A stretch of 64,000 nt of DNA from Candidatus Omnitrophota bacterium (GCA_029560465.1 JAKQKX010000063.1:3796-67795); one strand, 5' to 3'. Numbered from the stretch's first letter, positions 10,157-20,666 are shown. Program-made: numbers and translations. Notes: generated from the letters alone by a model not told the origin.

Positions 10157-12601
10157 GTGGATCCGAAAAGAAATGAAATGAAAGAGGTGTCGCAGCACGC
10201 CCTGGAGGTCTTTGAGGAGAGAAACCGGGCTTTTCGCGTGTTGTATGACACGATTATTGAGCTGGAAACATGTAAAGACGTTTCGCCTTATATTATCTTA
10301 GCCCGGAATCTAAAAAGAATATGCCAGGCCGAAGTCGTGGCCATCGGCCATATTAAAGACGGCTTTTGCGACTTTTCTTTGGAATCGGTTGTCCCTGAAT
10401 CAGGCGGAGACGGGGGAGGGCGCTTGCCGGACCCCACCCGGGTTACCATGCCCGAGGATGTCGCCCATTTATTAAGGAAGACGCCGCTAGAGGAGTGCCT
10501 CACGCCCGAAGCCTGCTTGGGTCCGGACTTTCTTAAGGCCGTGCTTAACGGCCGCTATTCGCATGAGGCGTTCTCTTTTTTCCGCTTTTCCTGCAAGAGT
10601 GATGAGCGTTTGATCGCCGCGGGCATGATTGCGGTTGATAAAGCGCGAAAAATTAAGACTCGGGATATTATTGAAATCTACCTTAATTTCGCTGGAATGG
10701 TGATTGAGCGTTTCTATTCGATCGAGATTATTAAGGATAGCGAGAGAACCTTAAAGCAACTTCTTGATTCCATCCCAACGGGAATTATGATCATCGATAG
10801 CCGGGCGAAATGTGTTTTGGGTGCCAATACCGCGGCCCGGGCATTGATCGGTTGCCAGGGGCGCAATATTATCGGGGCGTCTTGCAAGGATTTGTTTTGT
10901 TTGAATACCGGAGAAGGCTGCCCGATTACGGACAAGAAAATGAAGACGGATTTTTCCGAACAGCAGTTACGGAAAGATAACGGGGACATCCTGCCTGTTT
11001 TAAAAAGTGTTGTTCCGATTCAATTGAACGGCCGGGATGTTTTTATTGAAAGCTTTATCGATATTTCCGAACGCAAGCGCAGCGAGGCGGTTATCGCTGA
11101 AGAAAAGGAACGGCTGGCCGTGACCCTGCGGTCTATCGGGGACGGGGTTATTACCGTCAACCGGAAGAAGGAGATCCTGTTGATCAATAAGGTGGCGGAA
11201 AGCCTGCTGGGAGTCCGGCAGGTTGAGGTGGCCGGAAAAAATTTTGATGAAACGGTCCGCATCCTTGATGCCAAAACCCAAGAGCCCATCAGGGGGTTCA
11301 TGGACCGGGTGGTGGAGAAGGGGGACATTGTCGAATTGCGCGAAGGGCTCCTTGTGTCCCGGGACGGAATTCATAAGCTGATCAGCGACAGCGTCGCGCC
11401 GATCCGGAATGTAGACAGTGAGATTATTGGGGCGGTTTTGGTGTTCCGGGATATCAGCGAGAAACGCCGGATGGAAGAGGATCTTATCAAGAAGCAGAAG
11501 CTGGACTCTTTGGGGCTTTTGGCCGGCGGGATCGCGCATGATTTTAATAATATTTTGGCGGTGATCGTGACCCAGGTGGCCATCGCGAAACTTACCGATG
11601 GCATTGACGCGCCTATCAAACAAATGCTGGAAGACATTCAAGCGGAGGCTTTGCGCGCGAGGACCCTGACCCAGCAGTTGATGACGTTTTCCAAAGGGGG
11701 AGCCCCGGTCAAGAAACTGGCCTTTTTAAAAGAGGTTATCATGGAATCGAGCAAATTTGTTTTGCATGGCTCGAATGTTTTATGCGAATTTTCCATCCCC
11801 GACGACCTTTGGGCGGTTGAGATCGATGAGGGGCAGATTAATCAGGTTATTCAGAACATGGTTCTGAACGCCCAGCAAGCCATGCCCCAGGGCGGGAAGG
11901 TTTATATCACCGCGAATAATATTTCTCTCCGGGAGCGGTTTCAAAGTTTGCAGGCCGGTTCGTATGTCCGCCTGGACATCGCGGATTCCGGAGAGGGCAT
12001 TGATCCGGAGATTCAGGAGAAAATTTTCGACCCGTATTTCACGACAAAGCCCTCGGGAACAGGGTTGGGGCTGGCCATTGTTTTTTCTATTGTTAAGCAC
12101 CATGGCGGCATGGTGGTCGTTGAATCGGATCTGGGCAAGGGCGCGCTGTTTTCGGTTTATTTGCCGGCGTGCCAGGATGTTCCCGTGAGGCAGCCCAGCG
12201 AGAAGAAAGACATTCCGGTCTTGTCCGGGCATAAAAAGATTCTGTTAATGGATGACGAGGACGCGTTGCGCAATTCGATGGCCAGTTTACTTAAGAATTA
12301 CGGGTTTGATGTCCACGCGGTGGCGCACGGAGAAGACGCGCTTCAGAAATTCCAGAAAGAAAAAATCGCCCAACAGCCTTTTGACCTGGTGATCCTGGAT
12401 TTAACGATCAAAGGCGGGCTGGGGGGGAAAGAGACGGCGTGGAAGCTGCGGGAGGTTTCCCGGGATGTTAAAATCATCGCGGCCAGCGGGTATTCGCAGG
12501 ATCCGATTTTAGCCCATTACCAGGAATATGGCTTTGATGGAATTGTGGTCAAGCCTTTCACCATGGATGAGCTGATACACGCGATCAATTCGTTATTATA
12601 G
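10157..12601 (+). CDS. Hybrid sensor histidine kinase (GAF-like, 2 PAS, HisKA, HATPase, receiver)
   Basis: LAGGIAHDFNN H-box, PYFTTK..GTGLGL, C-terminal ILLMDDE...DLVILD receiver. Confidence 0.95.
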   Translation: MDPKRNEMKEVSQHALEVFEERNRAFRVLYDTIIELETCKDVSPYIILARNLKRICQAEVVAIGHIKDGFCDFSLESVVPESGGDGGGRLPDPTRVTMPEDVAHLLRKTPLEECLTPEACLGPDFLKAVLNGRYSHEAFSFFRFSCKSDERLIAAGMIAVDKARKIKTRDIIEIYLNFAGMVIERFYSIEIIKDSERTLKQLLDSIPTGIMIIDSRAKCVLGANTAARALIGCQGRNIIGASCKDLFCLNTGEGCPITDKKMKTDFSEQQLRKDNGDILPVLKSVVPIQLNGRDVFIESFIDISERKRSEAVIAEEKERLAVTLRSIGDGVITVNRKKEILLINKVAESLLGVRQVEVAGKNFDETVRILDAKTQEPIRGFMDRVVEKGDIVELREGLLVSRDGIHKLISDSVAPIRNVDSEIIGAVLVFRDISEKRRMEEDLIKKQKLDSLGLLAGGIAHDFNNILAVIVTQVAIAKLTDGIDAPIKQMLEDIQAEALRARTLTQQLMTFSKGGAPVKKLAFLKEVIMESSKFVLHGSNVLCEFSIPDDLWAVEIDEGQINQVIQNMVLNAQQAMPQGGKVYITANNISLRERFQSLQAGSYVRLDIADSGEGIDPEIQEKIFDPYFTTKPSGTGLGLAIVFSIVKHHGGMVVVESDLGKGALFSVYLPACQDVPVRQPSEKKDIPVLSGHKKILLMDDEDALRNSMASLLKNYGFDVHAVAHGEDALQKFQKEKIAQQPFDLVILDLTIKGGLGGKETAWKLREVSRDVKIIAASGYSQDPILAHYQEYGFDGIVVKPFTMDELIHAINSLL

Positions 12602-12663
12602 TTTTTTGAGCTCCGCGCTTTCGTGCGGCACATTCTCGCCTTGGCGTGGTATAATCAGGCATC

Positions 12664-13755
12664 ATGATACACCGTAAAGACACGAAGATCCCCGGCATCA
12701 AACTTTTTCTCACCTACCTTCACAAAGGGTTGTTCGCCGTTAACCTGCGGATGCTCAAGAATTTCATTTTTTCCAGGTTGAGGCGCACGCAGCTGGAGCG
12801 GATTTTTGTCTGCCCGTCGCATGCCTGCAATGCCCGCTGCGTCCACTGTTATGAGAATTTTTCCGGACAGCCCGCCGCCTCGCTCACCACCGACGACGTT
12901 CATAACATCGTCGAGCAGTTCCACGCCTTGGGCGGGTATCAGGTCTATTTTTGCAGCGGTGAATTTCTTTTGCGCCCGGACGCCCTGGCGCTTATCCGTT
13001 ACGTGTCGTCCAGGCATATGGTGAGCAGTATCACGACTAACGGCTTGCTTTTAAGCGGCCCTTTGCTTGATGACTTAAAAGCCGCCGGCCTGACCGAGCT
13101 TATTGTTTCGATCGACAGCGCTGACCCGCGGCGCCATGATGAGCGGCGCGGGGTGCCGGGCTGTTTTGAAAAGGCGGCCGCCGGGCTTAAATTGGCGCGT
13201 GAGAGAGGGATCATCACCTATATCTGGACATATGTTTCCAGGTCCAACGCCGATGAGCTGGACGGGATCATCGCCCTCGGCCAGCGGCTGCAGGTTGAGC
13301 TGGTTTACGTGTTTTTCCCGCTTTTGTCCGGAAAATTCTTTGACCGTTTTGACGAAAATTTGTCTTTTGAGGAAAGGGAAGAATACCGGCACCGGTATAA
13401 CGAACGGGAGGGCGTTCTGCTCGAGTTCCCCACCGAAGGGACCCCGTGCACCGGCGGGGGGCTTGACCATGTGTGTGTCATGCCGTCCGGGGACGTGACG
13501 TTTTGCCCCCCGGTCCCGTATTCCTACGGCAACGTCCACACAACGCCTCTGAAGGAGTGTCTTCGGGCCGCGCGCGAGGACTACCGGCGTTTCCCGCAAT
13601 GCACCCGGGGGCAATGCCCGGTCAATTTCCCGGAATACCGGGATAAGTGCCGCGCCCGGTTTCTTCATCAACCGTCCCCGCCGGAAACGGATTCAAGGGA
13701 AGGCGAAACTTTATCCCGCAGGGAAGGGGCTTCTGATTTTAAATGGCATAAATAA
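12664..13755 (+). CDS. Radical SAM protein with a SPASM/Twitch-like C-terminus
   Basis: CNARCVHC (CxxxCxxC); C-terminal CTGG...GDVTFC..., CTRGQC. Confidence 0.9.
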   Translation: MIHRKDTKIPGIKLFLTYLHKGLFAVNLRMLKNFIFSRLRRTQLERIFVCPSHACNARCVHCYENFSGQPAASLTTDDVHNIVEQFHALGGYQVYFCSGEFLLRPDALALIRYVSSRHMVSSITTNGLLLSGPLLDDLKAAGLTELIVSIDSADPRRHDERRGVPGCFEKAAAGLKLARERGIITYIWTYVSRSNADELDGIIALGQRLQVELVYVFFPLLSGKFFDRFDENLSFEEREEYRHRYNEREGVLLEFPTEGTPCTGGGLDHVCVMPSGDVTFCPPVPYSYGNVHTTPLKECLRAAREDYRRFPQCTRGQCPVNFPEYRDKCRARFLHQPSPPETDSREGETLSRREGASDFKWHK

Positions 13756-13819
13756 TGCAAGTTTTTGTCCGTTGAAGTATACTAAGAACGGCCGTAACAG
13801 TCCTTGAAAGGGGTTTTTT

Positions 13820-14509
13820 ATGCCGTACGACCGAGAAGATCCGGGCCATGCTCGCCATATCCATCTGACGCCCGGGCAGGAGAAGGGGTTTGGGGAAGAC
13901 TCTTTCGGTGAAAAGTTAAAGGTGGTGATCGACAGCTTGCCGCCGGAAGGCGTGAACCTGTCGGAAATCCGCGACCTTTTCGGCCAGGACGGGCTGTTGC
14001 TTCTGACCGCCTTTCTCACTATCCCTTTTATGGTCCCGGTTTCGATTCCGGGTGTGAGCACGGTGTTCGGGGCCGCTATTCTGCTGATCGGCGTCAGCCG
14101 CCTTGGGCGCCGTCATTTGTGGCTGCCGAAGCGCTTTGAAGAACGCGTCCTGCCGGCTGATAAGCTCCGCGCCGCCTTGAACCAGGGGCTGAAATTTTTT
14201 CATCAACTGGAACGATTAACCCGCCCGCGCCGCCTGAAAAGCCTGACGGCTGACGGCTTGACCGCGGCTCTGAACAACGGCGCGCTCATCCTGGGGGCGG
14301 TTCTTCTTATGGCCCCGTTCGGGTTCGTGCCTTTCAGCAATACCCTGCCGGGCCTGGCCTTGCTGCTTTTTGCCATCGGGCTGCTGCAGCGCGACGGGAT
14401 TTTTATCCTGTGGGGGCACCTGGTCAATGCCGTCACGATCATTTATTTCGCGTTTCTTATCGCCGGCGGCACCGCGCTGGTCCAGAAGGTGATAGCATAT
14501 TTTAGGTGA
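13820..14509 (+). CDS. exoD: Exopolysaccharide synthesis ExoD family membrane protein
   Basis: PFMVPVSIPGVSTVFG, LWLP, PFSNTLPG, LLQRDG motifs. Confidence 0.88.
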   Translation: MPYDREDPGHARHIHLTPGQEKGFGEDSFGEKLKVVIDSLPPEGVNLSEIRDLFGQDGLLLLTAFLTIPFMVPVSIPGVSTVFGAAILLIGVSRLGRRHLWLPKRFEERVLPADKLRAALNQGLKFFHQLERLTRPRRLKSLTADGLTAALNNGALILGAVLLMAPFGFVPFSNTLPGLALLLFAIGLLQRDGIFILWGHLVNAVTIIYFAFLIAGGTALVQKVIAYFR

Positions 14510-14635
14510 GAGGTTTTCTTAATAAGCCGTTTTTTTACAGCAGGGTATTTAAAACCCCGGTCCGCAAGGCGGGATGAAATTGGCCGCCCCGGGTTCTTTG
14601 GACGGGCAGGGTTTTTAATGAAAGCGAGGTGGGTG

Positions 14636-15037
14636 ATGGAGGGAGACATCCGGGAGATAAAGATTATCGGCGTGGACAGAGACGGGATTAAGTTCAGCCC
14701 GGATAAAAACGAATGCTGGGTCGTCCCGTTTAAGCTTTCGTTGAATCCGGATGAGCCGTGGCAGAAGAAATTTTATGAAGTCCAGCAGAAAGACACCAGC
14801 CCCCTGAAAAGGAAAGCGCGGGTTGTCGAGGCCGTCTTAAACGTGGAGGTTTCAGGCGCGGATGATTTACAGAAGATCCTTGATATTTTGAAGATCGCGG
14901 TTGCGGAAACCAATGTTTTGTGCGAGGAGGATCATCAGCGTAAGATTAAAGTCCGTCAGCAATTGGAGGTCTTGCAGCAAAAACAAAGGGACGCGACGCT
15001 GAAATTTAAAGAAGATGCGGATAACCTGCTTTTTTGA
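14636..15037 (+). CDS. Hypothetical protein
   Basis: ORF with a GAGGTGG SD before ATG 14636; C-terminal coiled coil. Confidence 0.65.
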   Translation: MEGDIREIKIIGVDRDGIKFSPDKNECWVVPFKLSLNPDEPWQKKFYEVQQKDTSPLKRKARVVEAVLNVEVSGADDLQKILDILKIAVAETNVLCEEDHQRKIKVRQQLEVLQQKQRDATLKFKEDADNLLF

Positions 15038-15041
15038 CGAC

Positions 15042-15398
15042 ATGAACCACAAATTAAATATGCTGTTAGTCCTCGCCCTCCTGGGGGCCGGGTGCGCCAC
15101 GGCGGGGGACCCGCACGCCGGGGTGAGGGCCCTTTCCAACACGGACCCAGCGAGGGAAGAAGACATCCTTAAACATATCCGTTTTCTGGAAAAGGCCGAT
15201 GGCCGCGGGGATTGCGCCATTGAAGTGCTCCGGGTGGAAGACCGCGGGATGGAGCTGATGGCTTATGTGGAATATTGGGTCGTGCGAAGCTGCGGGGTGA
15301 AGACCGTTTATAAGGTCCGCAAGGCGCCGATCGGGCCCGGGCAATACAAATACACGGTGACTTATCCTTCCGCCGCGGATTTGATGACTGTGGAATAA
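15042..15398 (+). CDS. Hypothetical lipoprotein
   Basis: Hydrophobic signal ending in a lipobox-like LGAGC. Confidence 0.65.
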   Translation: MNHKLNMLLVLALLGAGCATAGDPHAGVRALSNTDPAREEDILKHIRFLEKADGRGDCAIEVLRVEDRGMELMAYVEYWVVRSCGVKTVYKVRKAPIGPGQYKYTVTYPSAADLMTVE

Positions 15399-15408
15399 AG
15401 GAATAGGC

Positions 15409-15864
15409 ATGATTTTAGACATTTTAACGAACGCGCGCCGTTATCGGGGGATAAGCGAGGGGTTCACGAACGCATTTGAATTCCTCTCTCGCCCGGATTT
15501 GAAAGAGCTGCCGGCGGGGAAATATGACATAGACGGCGCGCGCGTTTACGCGACGGTGTCTAAGGGGCCGGGCCGCAGGAAAGAGGATTCTCTGCTTGAA
15601 GCGCATGAGAAATATATTGATATCCAATTGGTCCTGGCGGGCACCGATAACATGGGATGGAAGCCCAAGTCATTGTGTCAACAGCCAGCCGGGGAATATG
15701 ATCACAAATCCGATGTGCGGTTTTTTAAGGACGAACCCGACGCCTGGCTTTCCACCGCGAGCGGGGCGTTTGCGATTTTCTTCCCGGAAGACGCGCACAT
15801 GCCGCAGATATCGGCAGGCCAGCTTCACAAGGTCGTTGTCAAGGTGGCGGCGGACCTGGGCTAA
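15409..15864 (+). CDS. YhcH/YjgK/YiaL family protein
   Basis: EAHEKYIDIQ and FAIFFPEDAHMP...KVVVKV motifs. Confidence 0.92.
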   Translation: MILDILTNARRYRGISEGFTNAFEFLSRPDLKELPAGKYDIDGARVYATVSKGPGRRKEDSLLEAHEKYIDIQLVLAGTDNMGWKPKSLCQQPAGEYDHKSDVRFFKDEPDAWLSTASGAFAIFFPEDAHMPQISAGQLHKVVVKVAADLG

Positions 15865-15906
15865 GGGGTTTTAAACGGGCTGTTTGATGGGAGGAGAGGG
15901 CGCAAG

Positions 15907-16830
15907 ATGATAATTCTTATTACAGGACTGCTTGTCGGCGTATCGGAAAGAGTCATTGCCTGGCGTTGGCTGCGCGCGGAAACTCAAGCGCGAGGCGAAC
16001 ATTTTGTTTTATGGGCCACTCTTACCGTCGTGTTCCCCCTGATCGGACTCCCGCTCTACCTTCTTTTCCGTTCCCATGCCCGCCTGTTTTCCTGTCCGCA
16101 CTGTCAGTCCCCGTCGCCAGAGGGCCGTCCCCGTTGCCTGCACTGCGGCACGGCCTGGCCCGCTTCCGGAGCGGATGATGGGGATGCCCTGTCCTGGAAG
16201 TTCCCTGACGGTGTCGTGGTCCCCCTGGCGGCCATCGCCGCTGTCGCCATGAGGCCTCTGTTCGCGTCTTTGCGGTTTTATGACAGACAGATACTTCTGC
16301 GGCCGGGGCTCGCGCTCATTTTAATCGGCGTAACGTACGCTTTATTGATAGGGATATACGCGTGGATCCTCGTCAAAACGCAGCGCGCCGGATGGCAAAA
16401 CAACCCTTTGCCGCTGTTAACCGGAGTCACCCTCGCCCTGGCCACGATTGTCCGCCTCGGCGGCATCAGGAGCGGAGGAATGGTGGTGATCGCCGCGGGC
16501 GTCCTCGTTTTGGCGATCGCTCTGGTCATGTCCGCCAGCCTGCATCTGGCGGTGTATGACGTTCGCCGGACAGTCATGGGGCTGGCGCTCGGGTGGATCG
16601 TTGCCGTCATCACGAATATTTTGGCGATGCCGTATTTCGGTATCACCCAATTCCCGATGATGATATTGCTCATAGCCCCGTTTATGTTGGCTGCCGCGGC
16701 CCTGTCTTTGCGCGCGCGGTTTGTCCGCGGTTCCGACCCGCGGTTGCGTGTCGCGTTCCTTCAGGTCGCCGCGCCGCTTTGGGGGCTGCTGGGCATCGCG
16801 CTTCTGATGGCGTTTCTGGCGAATCACTAA
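15907..16830 (+). CDS. Membrane protein with a Zn-ribbon
   Basis: FPLIGLPLYLLFR followed by CPHC...CLHCG; multiple TM helices. Confidence 0.7.
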   Translation: MIILITGLLVGVSERVIAWRWLRAETQARGEHFVLWATLTVVFPLIGLPLYLLFRSHARLFSCPHCQSPSPEGRPRCLHCGTAWPASGADDGDALSWKFPDGVVVPLAAIAAVAMRPLFASLRFYDRQILLRPGLALILIGVTYALLIGIYAWILVKTQRAGWQNNPLPLLTGVTLALATIVRLGGIRSGGMVVIAAGVLVLAIALVMSASLHLAVYDVRRTVMGLALGWIVAVITNILAMPYFGITQFPMMILLIAPFMLAAAALSLRARFVRGSDPRLRVAFLQVAAPLWGLLGIALLMAFLANH

Positions 16831-16888
16831 AGCCCTGAGGACAGAGAGTGTCGTTGAATTTAGACGTTAAAAAGGAGAAAAGCCGGTG

Positions 16889-17446
16889 ATGGATATTATC
16901 CTGGAGGTCTTGCGGACGGTCATGGTGGGCGTCATCCTGTGGGTGCTGTTTCGAAGACGGAATTTGATGGAACTCAGTCAAATTGAAGGGTGGCGGCACT
17001 TGACAATCGGGTTCGCCTTGGTTTTTTTCGGGACACTGATTGACATCACGGATAATTTTGAGCGTCTAAATCAATTTATCATCATCGGCGACACGCCCGC
17101 GCAGGCGTTCTTGGAAAAAGTCGTCGGCTACCTTTTTGGCTTCATGTTTTTGGCGATGGGAATATTGCGGTGGCTGCCCAAGGTCGTGGAACACCAGGAG
17201 TCGATGAAGAAGGATCTTCAGCAGGCGGAAAGCAAGGTGAAAATTCTCAGCGGCTTTCTTCCTATCTGCGCCTCATGCAAGAAGATTCGCAATGATGCTG
17301 GATATTGGACGCAGATCGAATCTTACATCCGTGACCATTCGGAAGCCGAGTTTTCGCACAGCATTTGCCCGGAATGCATGAAGAAGCTTTACGCTGAATT
17401 TTCAAGGGAAAAGGATGCCCCTGCCGAACAACCGCGTCAACTTTGA
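16889..17446 (+). CDS. Membrane protein with a C-terminal Cys/His 'LPICASCKKIR...HSICPEC' domain
   Basis: 3 TM helices, then LSGFLPICASCKKIR..GYW..IE.YI..HSEAEFSHSICPEC, a tail often found on regulators. Confidence 0.8.
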   Translation: MDIILEVLRTVMVGVILWVLFRRRNLMELSQIEGWRHLTIGFALVFFGTLIDITDNFERLNQFIIIGDTPAQAFLEKVVGYLFGFMFLAMGILRWLPKVVEHQESMKKDLQQAESKVKILSGFLPICASCKKIRNDAGYWTQIESYIRDHSEAEFSHSICPECMKKLYAEFSREKDAPAEQPRQL

Positions 17447-17460
17447 AAGGCGGGCCTGTT

Positions 17461-18486
17461 TTATTGATGCGGCTCGATGATGACTTTAAGCGAGTCTTGC
17501 GCTTCCGCCACCAATTGGAAGCCCCGCCCGGTTTCTTTAAGCGGCAAACGGTGCGTGATTAAAGGGGTTATATCGACGCGCCTGGAGCGCAGGAGTTCGA
17601 TCGCCACCACCGCGTCATACGGCGCGTTGCCGTATGAGGGCGCGAGTTTGATTTCGTTGCGCCAGAAATCATTGAGCGGCACGGGCAGCTCTACCCCCGG
17701 CACGGTGCAGGCAAAGGCCAAAACCATTCCGCCCCGCTCCACCGACCGCAACGCCTGTTGAAACGCGGTTAAGGCCCCGGTGCAGACAATCGCCAGGTCC
17801 GCCAGCCAGCCGCCGTTCATTTCCCTGACCAGTTCCGGCACGTCTTCTTTAGCGTCGATCACCGCGTCGGCGCCTAATTGTTTCGCCATCCTTAACCGGT
17901 ACGCGTTGATGTCCACGGCGATGATCCGGCCCGCGCCAACGGCTTTAGCGGCCAGAATGTGCAGCAGCCCGGAAATGCCGCTGCCAATGACCAGGACCGT
18001 CTGCCCTGGTTTTAAGGCAGCGATGCGCTGGCCGCGGATCACGCAGGCCAGGGGCTCGATAAACGCGCCGTCTTCATAGGAGACTTCCGGCGACAGCACA
18101 AACACGCCGCGGTCAACGTTCAAGGCCGGCACGCGGATGTATTCGGCAAACCCGCCTGGAAAATAATTCGTGGTGTGCAGGGTTTCGCAGGCCGTGTGGT
18201 AACCGGCCAGGCAATACCGGCACGTGTTGCAGGGGATGTGGTGCGAAACAAAAACACGATCGCCCGGCTTGTACTTTTTCACGCCTTCGCCAATTTCCGT
18301 GATGTCCCCGGCGATTTCATGGCCCAGCACAATCGGCGCTTTTTTGATGCGGTACCACTCCAAAACGTCGCTGCCGCAAATGCCGCTGGCGATGACTTTG
18401 ACCACCAGCTCGCCCGGCCCGGCGTGGGGCGTGGGCATCTCCTCAAGCCGCACATCCTTGTTGTTGTAATACATCGCGACGTTCAT
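17461..18486 (-). CDS. Zinc-dependent alcohol/sugar-alcohol dehydrogenase (MDR family)
   Basis: GICGSD, GHE, CNTCRYC...C structural Zn site, GSGISG Rossmann motif. Confidence 0.92.
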   Translation of the reverse strand: MNVAMYYNNKDVRLEEMPTPHAGPGELVVKVIASGICGSDVLEWYRIKKAPIVLGHEIAGDITEIGEGVKKYKPGDRVFVSHHIPCNTCRYCLAGYHTACETLHTTNYFPGGFAEYIRVPALNVDRGVFVLSPEVSYEDGAFIEPLACVIRGQRIAALKPGQTVLVIGSGISGLLHILAAKAVGAGRIIAVDINAYRLRMAKQLGADAVIDAKEDVPELVREMNGGWLADLAIVCTGALTAFQQALRSVERGGMVLAFACTVPGVELPVPLNDFWRNEIKLAPSYGNAPYDAVVAIELLRSRRVDITPLITHRLPLKETGRGFQLVAEAQDSLKVIIEPHQ

Positions 18487-18492
18487 GAATGT

Positions 18493-19284
18493 TTACCGGC
18501 CTTTCACTTCGTCGAATATTTTTTTCGCTTTTTTCACATCGGCGCCTTCGTGGATGACGGCTTGCAGGGCCCGCGCCATGGCCGCGGGGTGGGGGCTCTG
18601 CCAGACATTGCGGCCCAGGTTCACGCCGATGGCCCCGTCCTCTAGGCCGGAATAAACGAATTCAAACACTTCCGTTTCGGTTTCGCATTTTGGCCCGCCG
18701 GCGATCACGACCGGCACCGGGCAGCCGGCCACCACTTTGGAGAAATCTTTATCGCAGAAGTAGGTTTTCACCACCCGCGCGCCCAGCTCGGCGCAGATGC
18801 GGCAGCACAGGGCCAGGTAGCGCGCCTCGCGTTTGTCCATTTCCTTGCCCACGGCTGTCACGGCCATGACCGGCACGCCGTACGGCTCACACAGGTTCAC
18901 CATTTGGGCCAAATTGGACAGCGTCTGTTTTTCATAATCGCTGCCGATGAACACCGACACGCCGACGGCGCTGGCGTTCAGGCGTAAAATTTCGTCTATC
19001 GAGGTCGTCAGCGTTTCGTTCGCCAGGTCCTGGCCCACCATGCTGGTGCCGCCGGACACGCGCAGGATCACCGGCTTGGAGGTTGCCGCGTCGATGCAGG
19101 CGCGCAAGGTGCCGCGCGTCACGAACAGGGCGTCGCAATATCCGATGACCGGCTTGATGGTTTCGGCGGGTTTTTCCAGCCCGGACGTCGGCCCCTGAAA
19201 ATAGCCGTGATCGATCGGCATAAAGAAACATTTCCCGTCCGGTTTAATAAGCTGGCTCAAGCGGTTCTTCATTCCCCAGTCCAT
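18493..19284 (-). CDS. lsrF: LsrF-type thiolase / class I aldolase (DhnA family)
   Basis: MDWGMKNRL...DHGYFQGPTSGLE...ELGARVVKTY...CPVPVVIAGGPK...GRNVWQ. Confidence 0.88.
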   Translation of the reverse strand: MDWGMKNRLSQLIKPDGKCFFMPIDHGYFQGPTSGLEKPAETIKPVIGYCDALFVTRGTLRACIDAATSKPVILRVSGGTSMVGQDLANETLTTSIDEILRLNASAVGVSVFIGSDYEKQTLSNLAQMVNLCEPYGVPVMAVTAVGKEMDKREARYLALCCRICAELGARVVKTYFCDKDFSKVVAGCPVPVVIAGGPKCETETEVFEFVYSGLEDGAIGVNLGRNVWQSPHPAAMARALQAVIHEGADVKKAKKIFDEVKGR

Positions 19285-19458
19285 GGCGCCTCCTTGTTGT
19301 CAATGGCCCGATATTTTTTAAGAGTACTATGAGCTACTTTATCCATTCCCCGCCGAAAAATCAAGGTAATTTTTCCGCTAAAAATGATATAATCTAACGC
19401 GGTTTCGCGGGCTTAATAACAGAGGACTGGTGTTCTATAAGGAAGAAGGGAATCCGTC

Positions 19459-20637
19459 ATGCACACGTTCGCGTATCAGAAAAATCAGCGTTATTTCGCG
19501 CAAATCGCGGATGGGCTGGAGGACTTGGGGAAGGAGGAGCTCGCCCGCCTCGGCGCGACAGACGTGAAGCCCTCCTACCGGGGGATTTATTTCTCGGCCG
19601 CCCCGGCCGCCCTGTACCGCGTCAATTACAGCGCCCGGCTCATCAGCCGGGTGATGGCCCCGTTGTTGACCTTTGATTGCCACAGCGACCGGTATTTATA
19701 TAAAACCGCGCGGTCCCTGCCCTGGACCGATTTGCTGACCCTTAAAACCACGTTCGCGGTGTTCACCAACGTGGCCAACAGCAATATCCGCCATTCGCAA
19801 TATGCCTCGCAGAAGCTGAAAGACGCGATCGTGGACCAGTTCCGGGACGCCTGCGGCGACCGGCCGCAAGTGGAACCGTTGTCCCCCGACGTCTGGATCA
19901 ACCTGTATATCCACAACAATAAAGCGACGATCAGTTTGGAGACGTCCGGCGGGTCTTTGCACCGCCGCGGCTACCGGCAGGAATCGGTGGAAGCGCCGAT
20001 GCAGGAAACGGTGGCGGCCGCGGTCATCCAGTTAAGCGGCTGGGACGGGGAACGGCCGCTGTACGACCCCATGTGCGGCTCCGGCACGTTGTTGACCGAA
20101 GCGCTCATGCGCGCCTGCCGGATCCCGTCCGGCTACCTGCGGGCGCGTTTCGGATTTGAGCGGCTGCCGGATTTTGACGCCGCGGTTTGGGGTAAAGTGA
20201 AACAGGAGTGCGACAAGCAAATCCGGCCCCTGCCGGCCGGGCTGATCGGCGGGAGCGACGTGTCCCGGGCCGCGGTTGAGGTGGCGCAAAAAAATTGCCG
20301 GATGCTGCCGGGCGGGGGGCAGATCACGATCAAGACGCGGCGTTTTCAGGATATCGAGGCCCTTGAGGACGCCGTGATTATCTGCAATCCGCCTTACGGC
20401 GTGCGCATGAACACCGCCCGGCAGGCGTCGACACTGCTCAAGGAATTCGACACCTTTTTGAAAAAGCGCTGCCAGGGGTCCACCGCCTACGTGTATCTCG
20501 GCAAAAAGGAGCTGCTGCCCCAGATCGCGCTTAGGCCAACCTGGAAAAAGCCGCTCAAGAACGGCGGCTTACAGGGTTTCCTGACAAAGTACGAGATCGC
20601 GGGGGAAAAGAAGGGGAAAGGAAGCGGACGCCATTGA
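19459..20637 (+). CDS. THUMP-domain rRNA m2G methyltransferase (RlmL/YpsC-like)
   Basis: SLHRRGYR...APMQE..AA, DPMCGSGT, ICNPPYG motifs. Confidence 0.92.
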   Translation: MHTFAYQKNQRYFAQIADGLEDLGKEELARLGATDVKPSYRGIYFSAAPAALYRVNYSARLISRVMAPLLTFDCHSDRYLYKTARSLPWTDLLTLKTTFAVFTNVANSNIRHSQYASQKLKDAIVDQFRDACGDRPQVEPLSPDVWINLYIHNNKATISLETSGGSLHRRGYRQESVEAPMQETVAAAVIQLSGWDGERPLYDPMCGSGTLLTEALMRACRIPSGYLRARFGFERLPDFDAAVWGKVKQECDKQIRPLPAGLIGGSDVSRAAVEVAQKNCRMLPGGGQITIKTRRFQDIEALEDAVIICNPPYGVRMNTARQASTLLKEFDTFLKKRCQGSTAYVYLGKKELLPQIALRPTWKKPLKNGGLQGFLTKYEIAGEKKGKGSGRH

Positions 20638-20666
20638 AGCGGCCCTGTTTATCTGTGTTTAATTTG

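Noticed and set aside
14510-14620. Structured intergenic segment with a GCAA-loop hairpin and flanking inverted repeat
   Set aside because: Short, single copy, no family match recognised.
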